This document shows positions 1 through 8,346 of a stretch of 32,000 bases of DNA, in pieces. A program made the translations under genes and the position numbers. A model generated the notes under the pieces. That model did not search any database and was not told where the DNA came from. It saw only the letters and a list, made by a program, of their open reading frames with translations. Origin of the DNA: Xanthomonas phage BUDD; sequence record ON758385.1. One strand, written 5' to 3'. Each line of letters opens with the position of its first letter. Position 1 is the stretch's first letter.

Positions 1-342
1 CACCTCGGATGGGTCAACCCAGTCACCGGCGAGCTCGTCGTGTCGATTCGCGGATTGCCCGATGCAGTGGTTTGGTCAAAGCGCACGCATTCTCTAGAAG
101 ATTTGCAGGATATGATCGCACCAGCAATGTCGGTTGAGCTGAGCGAAGAAGAGATTGCTGCTATCAAGGAAGATGCATTTGGACCGGTTGATGAAGAGCG
201 CAAGGTCTTTACCGTTGAAGTAGGTGACATGTCTAAGGAAGAAGCCGCTGCGGTGATTGAAAAGGTAATTGAAGAGAAGCCTGCGAAGGCTGCTACAAAG
301 AAGACCACGAAGAAGACCACCAACAAGAAGGCTGCCGAGTAA
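1..342 (+). CDS. C-terminal part of an uncharacterised protein with a Lys/Thr/Ala-rich tail; frame open to the window edge
   Basis: Frame 1 is open from base 1 (HLGWVNPVTGELVVSIRGLPDAVVW...) to the stop at 342. Tail EKPAKAATKKTTKKTTNKKAAE. Confidence 0.6.
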   Translation, partial: HLGWVNPVTGELVVSIRGLPDAVVWSKRTHSLEDLQDMIAPAMSVELSEEEIAAIKEDAFGPVDEERKVFTVEVGDMSKEEAAAVIEKVIEEKPAKAATKKTTKKTTNKKAAE

Positions 343-352
343 GGTCCCCCAG

Positions 353-733
353 ATGAGTGATGTGAAAGACTTGGCGAAAGAGATCGCCTTAGGTGGTTAT
401 GGTAAAGGCGTCTTCCATGCCAAGACATTTGACAAAGACTTTGCTGTCTTCATGACCACAAGGAAGATGATTGATCGGTTTCTAAAGACCGGTCAAATCA
501 ATGAAAAACTTCTGATCAATAATATGGTTGTGACTTTGAATGTCTTCGGACCAAAGAAGGTGACGGCTATTTGTCGAGTGTTGCTGAATGATGTTCAATT
601 CAGTGTCGCAAAAGCTATCCTCATGTTCTTGCATCAATATGATTGGTCGATTGGCGCCGACGTCTGGCCAAATCGAATTGTTGTCGATATCCTAAAGGAC
701 GTCACTAATCGTTACAATCTGGGACACCTATAA
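353..733 (+). CDS. Conserved-looking phage protein of unknown function
   Basis: MSDVKDLAKEIALGGYGKGVFHAKTF... start at internal ATG 353, preceded by a purine-rich stretch (aaggtcccccag), 10 nt after the previous stop. The upstream part of ORF 269..733 overlaps the preceding CDS. Confidence 0.65.
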   Translation: MSDVKDLAKEIALGGYGKGVFHAKTFDKDFAVFMTTRKMIDRFLKTGQINEKLLINNMVVTLNVFGPKKVTAICRVLLNDVQFSVAKAILMFLHQYDWSIGADVWPNRIVVDILKDVTNRYNLGHL

Positions 734-1299
734 TGCTAAGTAAACTCGCATTGAACACTCAGACATTCCTTTGGGGTATCGGCATCGCACTCGTACTTGG
801 TATTGGTGGCGGCGCAGGCTCGATTTGGTATGTCAAGGGTCTACAAATTGATGCCATTCAAGCTACGCACAAAGCCGAGGTTGCCGAAATGGCGACTAAG
901 GTGGCAACAGCTGAAGGCTCGACCGCTAATCTCAAATTGACATTTGAAACCAGTCTCAAGGACAAAAAGAATGAACTCGATCAAGCCTACGTGGCGCGCA
1001 CTGCTTCTCTCGATGCTGCTGTGTCTAAGCTTGCTGGCATCAGGCTGCGCGACCCATCAGCAAGTGGTAATTCCGGATCCACCGGTAGTCAAGGAAGCTC
1101 CCAAGGCAGTAACGGATCCAACACCAACTCAGGAGAACTACTTTCTCCTCAAACTAGCGAATTTCTTTGGAGTCTCGCAGGAGAGTCTCAACTCTATCTT
1201 GACCGACTCAACCAATGCAAAGTCTGGAACGCCGAATTGACGTCCCAGTCTAAGAAATACTACGATGAGATCCAAGAGCTCAAAAAGAAGATCAAGTAG
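733..1299 (+). CDS. Rz-like inner-membrane spanin (i-spanin)
   Basis: Single N-terminal TM segment (FLWGIGIALVLGIGGGAGSIWYV), long charged/coiled periplasmic region, and a nested lipoprotein ORF. Confidence 0.7.
   Translation: MLSKLALNTQTFLWGIGIALVLGIGGGAGSIWYVKGLQIDAIQATHKAEVAEMATKVATAEGSTANLKLTFETSLKDKKNELDQAYVARTASLDAAVSKLAGIRLRDPSASGNSGSTGSQGSSQGSNGSNTNSGELLSPQTSEFLWSLAGESQLYLDRLNQCKVWNAELTSQSKKYYDEIQELKKKIK
944..1240 (+). CDS. Rz1-like outer-membrane spanin lipoprotein, fully embedded out of frame in the Rz-like gene
   Basis: Signal peptide and lipobox (LLLSMLLCLSLLASGC|ATH), Pro-containing mature part (VVIPDPPVVKEAP), in the +1 frame relative to 733..1299. Confidence 0.7.
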   Translation: MKPVSRTKRMNSIKPTWRALLLSMLLCLSLLASGCATHQQVVIPDPPVVKEAPKAVTDPTPTQENYFLLKLANFFGVSQESLNSILTDSTNAKSGTPN

Positions 1300-3523
1300 T
1301 AGGTCTGATCTGCGATAGAACGTAGGAACGCACCGGAGAGTCTGGATTGCGTACAATGACAGGAGTTGCCGAAGCCGTTGTTCTTGGAGCAGCGGCTTCC
1401 TTTTGCCCGCCTTGAACAACATTCGTAGGAGCACTGATCACAACCGGAGCAGTTCGTGCTTGCTGCTTCTGTGCTGCCGCATCACGTACCATTGCCGTTG
1501 GCGAACCTGCCGTTGATGCCAGACTACCTGATCTCTGTGCAGCTTCCAGGAATCCAAGTGAGCTGTGTCCTGCATGGTTGAAGCCTGCAGCATTATACAT
1601 GCCCGCACCACTCGAAGTCTTTTGAGACGCCCACTGTGATGCGATGTAATCCTGGAACTTGCCTGCGGAGATTCTACCCGACTTGAACTTGTCCAGGTTA
1701 CCACCCTGATTGAGCAGCGTCAGTGCAAGCTTGTCTTGGTTTTCCTCATTGAACAGATCATCTTCCTTGAAGCCTGCTGCTGCCATCTGTGCCTTGAGTG
1801 TGCTACTGATGAACTGATAGCGACCAACAGCTGAGCTACGACGATTTGCTGGGATGCCTCGGCTCTTCTGCTCATTGAGCGTATCGCGCTGCCACTGCAT
1901 CACTTCACCAAATGTCATCTGAGATGCAGGCTTGTTCGTCTTTACACGTGAACCTGACCAGATGGCGTCATAACCATCTCGACCCGCCTCACCTGCAGCA
2001 ATCTGATTGAGCAGATCACGTTCAAAGTTGCCTGTTGGACCAACAGTGACACGACCACCTGCCATTGTCTGACCGGAGGTTACAGAAGTGCCTTCACCCA
2101 TCGTACGACCAGCTGTTACAGGACCAATGCTTCCTGGAGCCGAGTCATATGGACTTGCACTCTGAATTGGCTCATACTTGTTGCCAGTTGGAACTCCCTG
2201 AGGATTGTAACCACGTGTCTGAAGAGTCGATGCGCCAACCTCAGCAGGCACGATATAGATACCCTTTGAACGGTCAGTCATCACATCAAGCATCTTCGCC
2301 ATTGTGACCTGCATAGAGTCAGTTGCTGCCGCGGTTTTGCGTTGCGCCACCACTGGTGTAGCCGCGACCGATGCCATGTGTGCGGCAGGCTTAGGCGCAG
2401 TAGCTGGCTTGGCTGCTGCGGTTACAGCGGCTTTTGGCTTTCCATCACTACTAAGGTCACGAGCAAGAAGTGCTGCGTCGATACCAAGGCTTGCAGCTGT
2501 TCCGATTCCAGGAATGGTTCCTGCAAGACCAGAAGCTGCTTCCATGCCTGCACCTGTCCAATCGCCAGCGTATGCACGATTAGCTGCTAGACCAAGACCT
2601 GCGATTGCACCAATGATAGGAATCTTCTTTAGGAGAGACTTACCGGCGGTCTTTGCAATTCCCTTACCGATTGTTCCTGTTGCCTTTGCAGCAATTCCGG
2701 CTCCACCAAGACCAGCAGCCGCTGCACCTGCCTTAGCTAGAATTCCCTTTGGTGCTGCTTCGACAGCCTGTACTGCGCTGCGTGCAATGAATCTTCCTGT
2801 CTTTGGATCGCGGAGAGCGTGTCGTCCAACTGCGCCAGCAGCTGCACGAGCAGCAGTTCCTTCGGCGGCGATACCAGCACGTGCTACAGTGGTTGCAGCT
2901 TCACCTGCCTTACCCATACCTGTAACCGAACCCATGAGACGACCAACGCCAGGGATCTTAGTTGCAAACTTGCTAAGGAAGCCACCAACCTTGCCTGCAG
3001 GTCCAGTGAGCAATGAAGGGAGCAGAGTTGGAAGAGCTGTGACAGCCTTCATCAACTTGTCCATCATTCCGCCACCACCTTCACCTCCACCAACACCGTT
3101 CTTAGCCAGGGCCTCGACAGCATCACGGACGCGCACAGTGTCCTTTGCAATGACCTTTAGAAGGCTTGCATTCTCTTCCTGTACTCCAATTGCTTCCTTC
3201 TCAGCCTTGTCCTGACGCTCCTGATTCTTGGCAGCATCATCACGGGCCTTATCACGGTTCTTTGAAGATGAGGAAGAATTAGAACGAGACTCGCCCTTCT
3301 CTTTCTTCTTGTCACCTGAGCTAGGAACCTTGCTGAGATAGCTACCAATCTTGTCTAGCGCCGGAACTTTGGAAGCTCCAGAATGTTTTGCGAGTCCTTG
3401 AACTAGCTTGTTGCCTGCGACCTTGTTGAGTCTCGAAGCAACGATAAGACGGTTAGCACCTGCACTAACCGCCTCAGAACGCAGCATAGAAGAACCGAGT
3501 GTTCTTAGAATTACTGGAAGCAT
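1292..3523 (-). CDS. Large Ala/Gly-rich tail or baseplate structural protein with a C-terminal lysozyme/transglycosylase-like domain
   Basis: 743 aa. N-terminal charged coiled region, central Gly/Ala repeats, then LLNQIAAGEAGRDGYDAIWSG...SSAVGRYQFISSTLKAQMAAAGFKEDDLFNEENQDKLALTLL, which resembles phage muramidase/transglycosylase domains. Confidence 0.65.
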   Translation of the reverse strand: MLPVILRTLGSSMLRSEAVSAGANRLIVASRLNKVAGNKLVQGLAKHSGASKVPALDKIGSYLSKVPSSGDKKKEKGESRSNSSSSSKNRDKARDDAAKNQERQDKAEKEAIGVQEENASLLKVIAKDTVRVRDAVEALAKNGVGGGEGGGGMMDKLMKAVTALPTLLPSLLTGPAGKVGGFLSKFATKIPGVGRLMGSVTGMGKAGEAATTVARAGIAAEGTAARAAAGAVGRHALRDPKTGRFIARSAVQAVEAAPKGILAKAGAAAAGLGGAGIAAKATGTIGKGIAKTAGKSLLKKIPIIGAIAGLGLAANRAYAGDWTGAGMEAASGLAGTIPGIGTAASLGIDAALLARDLSSDGKPKAAVTAAAKPATAPKPAAHMASVAATPVVAQRKTAAATDSMQVTMAKMLDVMTDRSKGIYIVPAEVGASTLQTRGYNPQGVPTGNKYEPIQSASPYDSAPGSIGPVTAGRTMGEGTSVTSGQTMAGGRVTVGPTGNFERDLLNQIAAGEAGRDGYDAIWSGSRVKTNKPASQMTFGEVMQWQRDTLNEQKSRGIPANRRSSAVGRYQFISSTLKAQMAAAGFKEDDLFNEENQDKLALTLLNQGGNLDKFKSGRISAGKFQDYIASQWASQKTSSGAGMYNAAGFNHAGHSSLGFLEAAQRSGSLASTAGSPTAMVRDAAAQKQQARTAPVVISAPTNVVQGGQKEAAAPRTTASATPVIVRNPDSPVRSYVLSQIRPTT

Positions 3524-3524
3524 T

Positions 3525-3665
3525 TTAACCTACTTGATTCATCTTTCTCTTTTGGGATTCAACTGCAATCAAAGAGGTCATTTCAATCTCGAACACTGGC
3601 ATCTCGTCCAATTCATCCAGACGATAGCCATGTTCAGTAACCAGCAGGTGCCTCAGTTCTAGCAT
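3525..3665 (-). CDS. Small baseplate-region protein, unknown function
   Basis: MLELRHLLVTEHGYRLDELDEMPVFEIEMTSLIAVESQKRKMNQVG. Start placed at the internal ATG so that it follows the gp26-like gene. ORF track gives 3525..3746. Confidence 0.5.
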   Translation of the reverse strand: MLELRHLLVTEHGYRLDELDEMPVFEIEMTSLIAVESQKRKMNQVG

Positions 3666-3691
3666 ATCTACTAGCTTGTTAGTCGGATAGA

Positions 3692-4474
3692 TTACAGGAA
3701 AAAATCGTCGAGCCCTTGGAGCTCGAAACCATCCTTCCTGCCACACTTCGGGCAGGTCACATCCACGTTTAGCGCGAGGACAGGAACACCTTCAAAGAAT
3801 GCGGTGATCTCATCTAGTGCTGTGGAAGGGAGTTCGTTCAACCAGGTTGTCATCTCATCAAAGCTGAAATCAGCTCCTGGGACAGACATGTTGTCGCCAT
3901 CCAGAATGTATTCAATGCCAGAGAAGATGTACTGATCGGAGATGCCGATCACATCCTTGTCGAGGTCGAGCTTCTTGAAACTTGCGAAGTCAGGCATCTT
4001 TAGCTTGATCGACATCGTTTCATCGATCTTGACAAGCTTGGAAGCCTGATATCCTTCTGGATATTTAATCTGGGCGTTCTCGAGATTGAGGAGCAGTTCA
4101 TGCTTAGAGCCACAAGGAACAGTCTTGGTGACAATTTCCTTCTTGCCCTCCTCTAGCTCGACTTCCTCATCTACTTCAATTGTGCCACCACAGGTGTACT
4201 CAGCCTTGGAGCGAGCACCGGACGACTTGATGAAAGAATGCAGGAAGATGAAGTCAATAAGATGCATCGGTGTCTTAGACAGATCAAGCTCACCAAGTGT
4301 GATACCGTCAATGATATCTACGATGGTGTTGATGATTGCAGCTGCATCTTTCAGCTCAAGGACGGTCAGAAGTTTCTTCTGCTCGCCGACCTTGAGGGCG
4401 CGATACGAGATCGTCTTTTTCAGCTCTGGAATCTCCAGAGAAAATCTAATTGCTTGCGGGGTTCGAAGCGCCAT
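3692..4474 (-). CDS. T4 gp26-like baseplate hub subunit
   Basis: Conserved layout of the T4 baseplate (gp26) family: SLEIPELKKTISYRALKVGEQKKLL..., paired cysteine motifs YTCGG...VPCGSKHE and VTCPKCGRKDGFEL. Confidence 0.7.
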   Translation of the reverse strand: MALRTPQAIRFSLEIPELKKTISYRALKVGEQKKLLTVLELKDAAAIINTIVDIIDGITLGELDLSKTPMHLIDFIFLHSFIKSSGARSKAEYTCGGTIEVDEEVELEEGKKEIVTKTVPCGSKHELLLNLENAQIKYPEGYQASKLVKIDETMSIKLKMPDFASFKKLDLDKDVIGISDQYIFSGIEYILDGDNMSVPGADFSFDEMTTWLNELPSTALDEITAFFEGVPVLALNVDVTCPKCGRKDGFELQGLDDFFL

Positions 4475-4479
4475 TCACA

Positions 4480-4896
4480 TCACTCGTTAATTGTCTTTGT
4501 TTCAACATAGGATTTGCCCTTGAGGAACTTCAACAGGTCATCGCAATTCATGCCAATAACTCTTGATTGAACGTCCTTTCCGAGCTTAGCTGCCGCCAAC
4601 CAACGATGGTGACCATCTACGACATAGCCGTCGGCACTTGTAATTATAGGCTTCGCGTCCCACTTCTTTTGATCAATCAAGAAGTCGACCTTTTCCTCGT
4701 TGAAGTTTCCTTGAGTAGGAGTCAACTTCCAAGGACTCAATGATTTGACTTCGGTGCCAATGTCGTTGGCTTTGAGGTCATCCATGAATGCATCAAACTG
4801 GGTCAGCTGAGGCATACCATGACGCATTTTCCCTTTGCCATCCTTGGCGTTGGGAACCTTTAGATCTTCGTACAACCATGTATCGAAATCAATCAT
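4480..4896 (-). CDS. ParB/Srx-like domain protein
   Basis: ParB-type signature ADGYVVDGHHRWLAAAKLG. Start taken at MIDFDTW (ATG 4896) with an AAGG upstream. Confidence 0.6.
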   Translation of the reverse strand: MIDFDTWLYEDLKVPNAKDGKGKMRHGMPQLTQFDAFMDDLKANDIGTEVKSLSPWKLTPTQGNFNEEKVDFLIDQKKWDAKPIITSADGYVVDGHHRWLAAAKLGKDVQSRVIGMNCDDLLKFLKGKSYVETKTINE

Positions 4897-5779
4897 CGAC
4901 CTTTTGTCCTGTCTTTTCATCGACCGAATGAGATGCCTTCCATTTCATCTGGCCTGGCTTAGGGAACTGCGAAGTGATGTACCATTTCTTTTCAGTTGGG
5001 TCCCACTTGAAGCCCTTGGCCTTCGCTTCATCCTTTTCACCAAACGGCACAGCGTAGTAGTGCTTGTAGGACTTGCGATTGGCAGCTGCGGTCTTTCGAG
5101 CTTCATCCCAAATGCGCTTCTTTTCGCGCTCATTTGCAAGATGGTCTTCTCGAGACTGACGAGCCTTGGAATCCATTTCTCTGCGAGTTACAAAACCGCC
5201 ACCCTTTGCAGCTTCCTCAGCACGCTTCTTAGCTTCGGCACGATGAATTGGTGCCTGATCTCTGTGCTTGTTCGCTGCTTCGATGTCGCCTTCGTACTCG
5301 TGATGCTTGATCATCGTTACATGGTACTTCGCCATCGAATCGTGATGACGAGTGTAATCGGCGCCGCGCTTGGCTGCCTCAGCATCCTTGAGATGCCATT
5401 GGGCTTGCTGGTCGTAATGAGGGTGCTTCTCTACAACGACAATCTTAGCACGGTTAGACATGTAAGTCTTTTCCTTGCCGTCATCGTACTTGATAGACAC
5501 CTTCTCATGCGTACCTGGCTTTCCGTCTTCGCTAGGCAGGCTAACCACGGAAGTGATTCTTCCGGGCTTGCCGTTTAGCTTGACCTTGTCGCCGAGACCA
5601 AAGCGCTTAGGCGCCTTCGCTTCCAACAGAGACTCTACCAGCTTCTTTCCTGCCTGCGATACAGCCGCATTGATTTCCTTTGCGAAATCCTTCTCTCCCT
5701 TCCGCTTCTGTGGCTTCTCGGGTGGCATGACATTGTCTGGATTTGCCACACCTGCAGTTACGTTGGCGCCTTCGCTCAT
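4889..5779 (-). CDS. Uncharacterised protein with a C-terminal DUF5710-like motif
   Basis: YYAVPFGEKDEAKAKGFKWDPTEKKWYI, typical of DUF5710. Also a possible KOW/SH3-like segment (FGLGDKVKLNGKPGRITSVV...VSIKYDDGKEKTY). Confidence 0.65.
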   Translation of the reverse strand: MSEGANVTAGVANPDNVMPPEKPQKRKGEKDFAKEINAAVSQAGKKLVESLLEAKAPKRFGLGDKVKLNGKPGRITSVVSLPSEDGKPGTHEKVSIKYDDGKEKTYMSNRAKIVVVEKHPHYDQQAQWHLKDAEAAKRGADYTRHHDSMAKYHVTMIKHHEYEGDIEAANKHRDQAPIHRAEAKKRAEEAAKGGGFVTRREMDSKARQSREDHLANEREKKRIWDEARKTAAANRKSYKHYYAVPFGEKDEAKAKGFKWDPTEKKWYITSQFPKPGQMKWKASHSVDEKTGQKVDD

Positions 5780-5780
5780 C

Positions 5781-6011
5781 TTAGCTCACCGGTGGCTTCT
5801 GCAGGTCGTCGCCCTTACCGTCGCCAGGCGCAGCGTTGTTGGACTTCTCAATCACTTCTGGAGTGGTCGAACCCTTGTCCGAGACAACAGGCTTAAGGTC
5901 CGTGCCGTCGCCGTCGCCATTCTTCGTGTGATGATTTGCGTCGGAGATTGCCTTAGCGTCTTCTGCAAGGAAATTCTCGAACGACGGAATATCGACTGTG
6001 AAATCAACCAT
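5781..6011 (-). CDS. Small acidic/disordered protein, unknown
   Basis: 76 aa ORF tightly packed between neighbours (overlap with 6004). Confidence 0.5.
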   Translation of the reverse strand: MVDFTVDIPSFENFLAEDAKAISDANHHTKNGDGDGTDLKPVVSDKGSTTPEVIEKSNNAAPGDGKGDDLQKPPVS

Positions 6012-6492
6012 TTTCTAACCTCTTTTTCATTGTTGAATACTGATCCCAGATTGCTCTAGGGACATTGGCCTTAAAGGCTTTTCTATCGCCAGACCGGATG
6101 GCCTCACGAACAACGGAAGCAGATGTCACACGCTCCGTTTCGACAAACTTGACAAGACAAGGCTCATCAAGTTCTTTGTTGGCGCGTTCCATCTGCGCCT
6201 TGTACTGACCAATGCGATCAGGACCGCAAAAGACAGTGTCTGGACAATCACCAAGCATCTTGATAATGTCCGGAAGATATCCCGTTTCCGCCAGATGAAC
6301 TCTCAACCCAGGAATGACCTTCTGGAGCAGTTCCTTTTGATATTCAAAGTCGAACGGGTTCTTTTCCTTGTCCTGTGATGCCACCTTTCCTTTTACGATG
6401 ACAACAACAGGATTGTTCATCCTTTCCAGAACAGCCAGATGACCGTTGTGAACAGGTTGAAACCTTCCGAAGAACAGATCAAAATTAGCCAC
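6004..6492 (-). CDS. NMN adenylyltransferase-like nucleotidyltransferase (HIGH superfamily)
   Basis: N-terminal FDLFFGRFQPVHNGHLAVLERM (GRFxPxHxGH motif) and C-terminal VTSASVVREAIRSGD resembling the ISSTxIR motif. Confidence 0.75.
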   Translation of the reverse strand: MANFDLFFGRFQPVHNGHLAVLERMNNPVVVIVKGKVASQDKEKNPFDFEYQKELLQKVIPGLRVHLAETGYLPDIIKMLGDCPDTVFCGPDRIGQYKAQMERANKELDEPCLVKFVETERVTSASVVREAIRSGDRKAFKANVPRAIWDQYSTMKKRLENG

Positions 6493-7345
6493 CCATCACT
6501 CCCTTGAAATAGATCAAGTCTCGGAAATAGTCTGTGACAATTTTGTACTCAGTCTTATTTACGGTGATGACAACCCCTTCGAAATGTTTACCCATCTTGT
6601 GATGCTCTTCGACCTGCTTCAAGACATAGTAACAGAACTGATCTTTGAGTGTTGCAATTACGTCCTTCATTCCTAGCTTGGTTGCTCTGTCTGCCTGTTT
6701 GCGAGAGTCGAGAATAGGCAGAAGTTTTCCATTGCCAGTGATGCCTTTGACACCACATTCAAAGTAGTATTTCGCAGGGAAGTCAATTTTGAAACGAGTG
6801 CCAAAGGTTGTGATGTTGTCGTCGAATCTCAGATCACCTTGATATCCGTCAACCCACGTCAAAGCCGTCGATGCCTCGACCAACCTGTAGATTGCCAGCG
6901 TGATATCCGTCTTGAAGAAGGAATCATCGTACGGAATGTTCACGAACGTTCTGGTTCCATTCTCCGTGTTGAGAACAGACATGGACTTGTCAAACACTTC
7001 GCACTCGAAGCCAGAGTCTTCTGGGAGATGATGCATGATGTTGGAATCCCAGATTGTCTTGATCAGATGGAAGTAGACTTCCGCTCTGCTCATACCTGAG
7101 TGATCATAACCTTTCTCAAGCGAATGCCAGATGATCTCCATCGGATCATAGAGGACAGGAGACCTTGCAGTCTGGAACCAAGGCTTGTTCTCTTTGTCCT
7201 TTCCGAAACGCAGGAAGAATCCATCAAGCTTCCAGCTCAGGTCGATTGTGTCTGAGTCATAGCTAAGCATCCATTCACAGAACACTCGGTCATTCATCTC
7301 TCGGAAGTGCTTCATGTTCTTCCGCTTCTTTGTCTCTACCGTCAT
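6485..7345 (-). CDS. Divergent covalent nucleotidyltransferase (DNA/RNA ligase-fold) protein
   Basis: Motif I-like DLSWKLDGFFLRFG (KxDG), motif III-like GFECEVF, motif IV-like FEGVVITV, motif V-like EYKIV. Confidence 0.5.
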   Translation of the reverse strand: MTVETKKRKNMKHFREMNDRVFCEWMLSYDSDTIDLSWKLDGFFLRFGKDKENKPWFQTARSPVLYDPMEIIWHSLEKGYDHSGMSRAEVYFHLIKTIWDSNIMHHLPEDSGFECEVFDKSMSVLNTENGTRTFVNIPYDDSFFKTDITLAIYRLVEASTALTWVDGYQGDLRFDDNITTFGTRFKIDFPAKYYFECGVKGITGNGKLLPILDSRKQADRATKLGMKDVIATLKDQFCYYVLKQVEEHHKMGKHFEGVVITVNKTEYKIVTDYFRDLIYFKGVMGG

Positions 7346-8346
7346 AGTTGTCTCACCGTTGCCTTAGGTGGCACTCTATCATCAATTACGAATCGGGCTG
7401 CTGCGAAGTCGCCTAAGCCTGTTGTGAAAATGCAAGGAAGTCCGTGTGAGTTGAGCTTTGTGAAGTTGATGCGAACCATGTTGGCATGAACGTCTCTCTT
7501 TCTCAGTCGTAGATAGTACGGCTTCTTCTTAGCGTACTCTGCAACAGTCCAGAACTTGCCGTTGAACTCCTCACCATTGTAGTCAACCTGATCTGGTCCA
7601 ATGTAGATGAAGTCAATCTTGCCACCAACCTCATCTGATCCTGCGAACATCTTGTAGGCATAGAAGTCCGGAATACCGTACATCACAGTCGGGATGTTAC
7701 GAATATCGTACACCTTCCCTTCCTCGAAGCCCAGCTCATACAAATCAATCTGCACTTGGTAGTAGAGCTTGGTCACCAACTCAGGTACCGACTTCTGCAA
7801 TCCAGCAATGCCACCGGAACCAAGGTCGGCAGCTTTGGACATCTTACAGCTCACATTATACGAATAATTGTGTTCGTCCCAAACCACAACATCAACTAGG
7901 TTCTCTTTTCCGTGCGGTCCAATCTCAGGTGCCTGTTCGGCTCGCTTGATGCGGAAGTTTTCAAGTTGAATTGGCTGATTCCATTTGTTGATGACGTCAA
8001 CCAAAGACTTCTCTTGCCGCTGCTGGAATTCCTTGTCTCGTACCTCAGGTGTTCCTTTGATAGTTGACTTAGGAACGAACCTTGGATCCTTGAAGAACCT
8101 TGTCACAGGAAGCCAATTGTCGTTGGCCCAGAGTTCTGGAGGCGAGCCTTTCACTGTCAAGCAATGCTGCGTCAACTCATCTTCACTCGTCGTTGACTTG
8201 TCTCCGAGCATCAGAGCCTCAACCACAACCTTCTCACCGTCAGCTTTCTTACCAACCGTCATGACGTCCTTTGCCAAGACGATGTTGATAAGAATGGCTG
8301 CGTTGTTTCGTTTGAGGAAGTCAATCGTCTTGAAGAACGCCATCAA
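7342..8346 (-). CDS. Uncharacterised phage protein, possibly nuclease-like
   Basis: 334 aa. Central NLVDVVVWDEHNYSYNVSCKMSKAADLGSGG could be a degenerate PD-(D/E)XK-like core. Function not assigned. Confidence 0.6.
   Translation of the reverse strand: MMAFFKTIDFLKRNNAAILINIVLAKDVMTVGKKADGEKVVVEALMLGDKSTTSEDELTQHCLTVKGSPPELWANDNWLPVTRFFKDPRFVPKSTIKGTPEVRDKEFQQRQEKSLVDVINKWNQPIQLENFRIKRAEQAPEIGPHGKENLVDVVVWDEHNYSYNVSCKMSKAADLGSGGIAGLQKSVPELVTKLYYQVQIDLYELGFEEGKVYDIRNIPTVMYGIPDFYAYKMFAGSDEVGGKIDFIYIGPDQVDYNGEEFNGKFWTVAEYAKKKPYYLRLRKRDVHANMVRINFTKLNSHGLPCIFTTGLGDFAAARFVIDDRVPPKATVRQL

Noticed and set aside
2304-3215. 303-aa plus-strand ORF antisense to the 743-aa structural gene
   Set aside because: Ala/Pro/Arg-rich shadow of an Ala/Gly-rich coding sequence; no independent start context or motifs.
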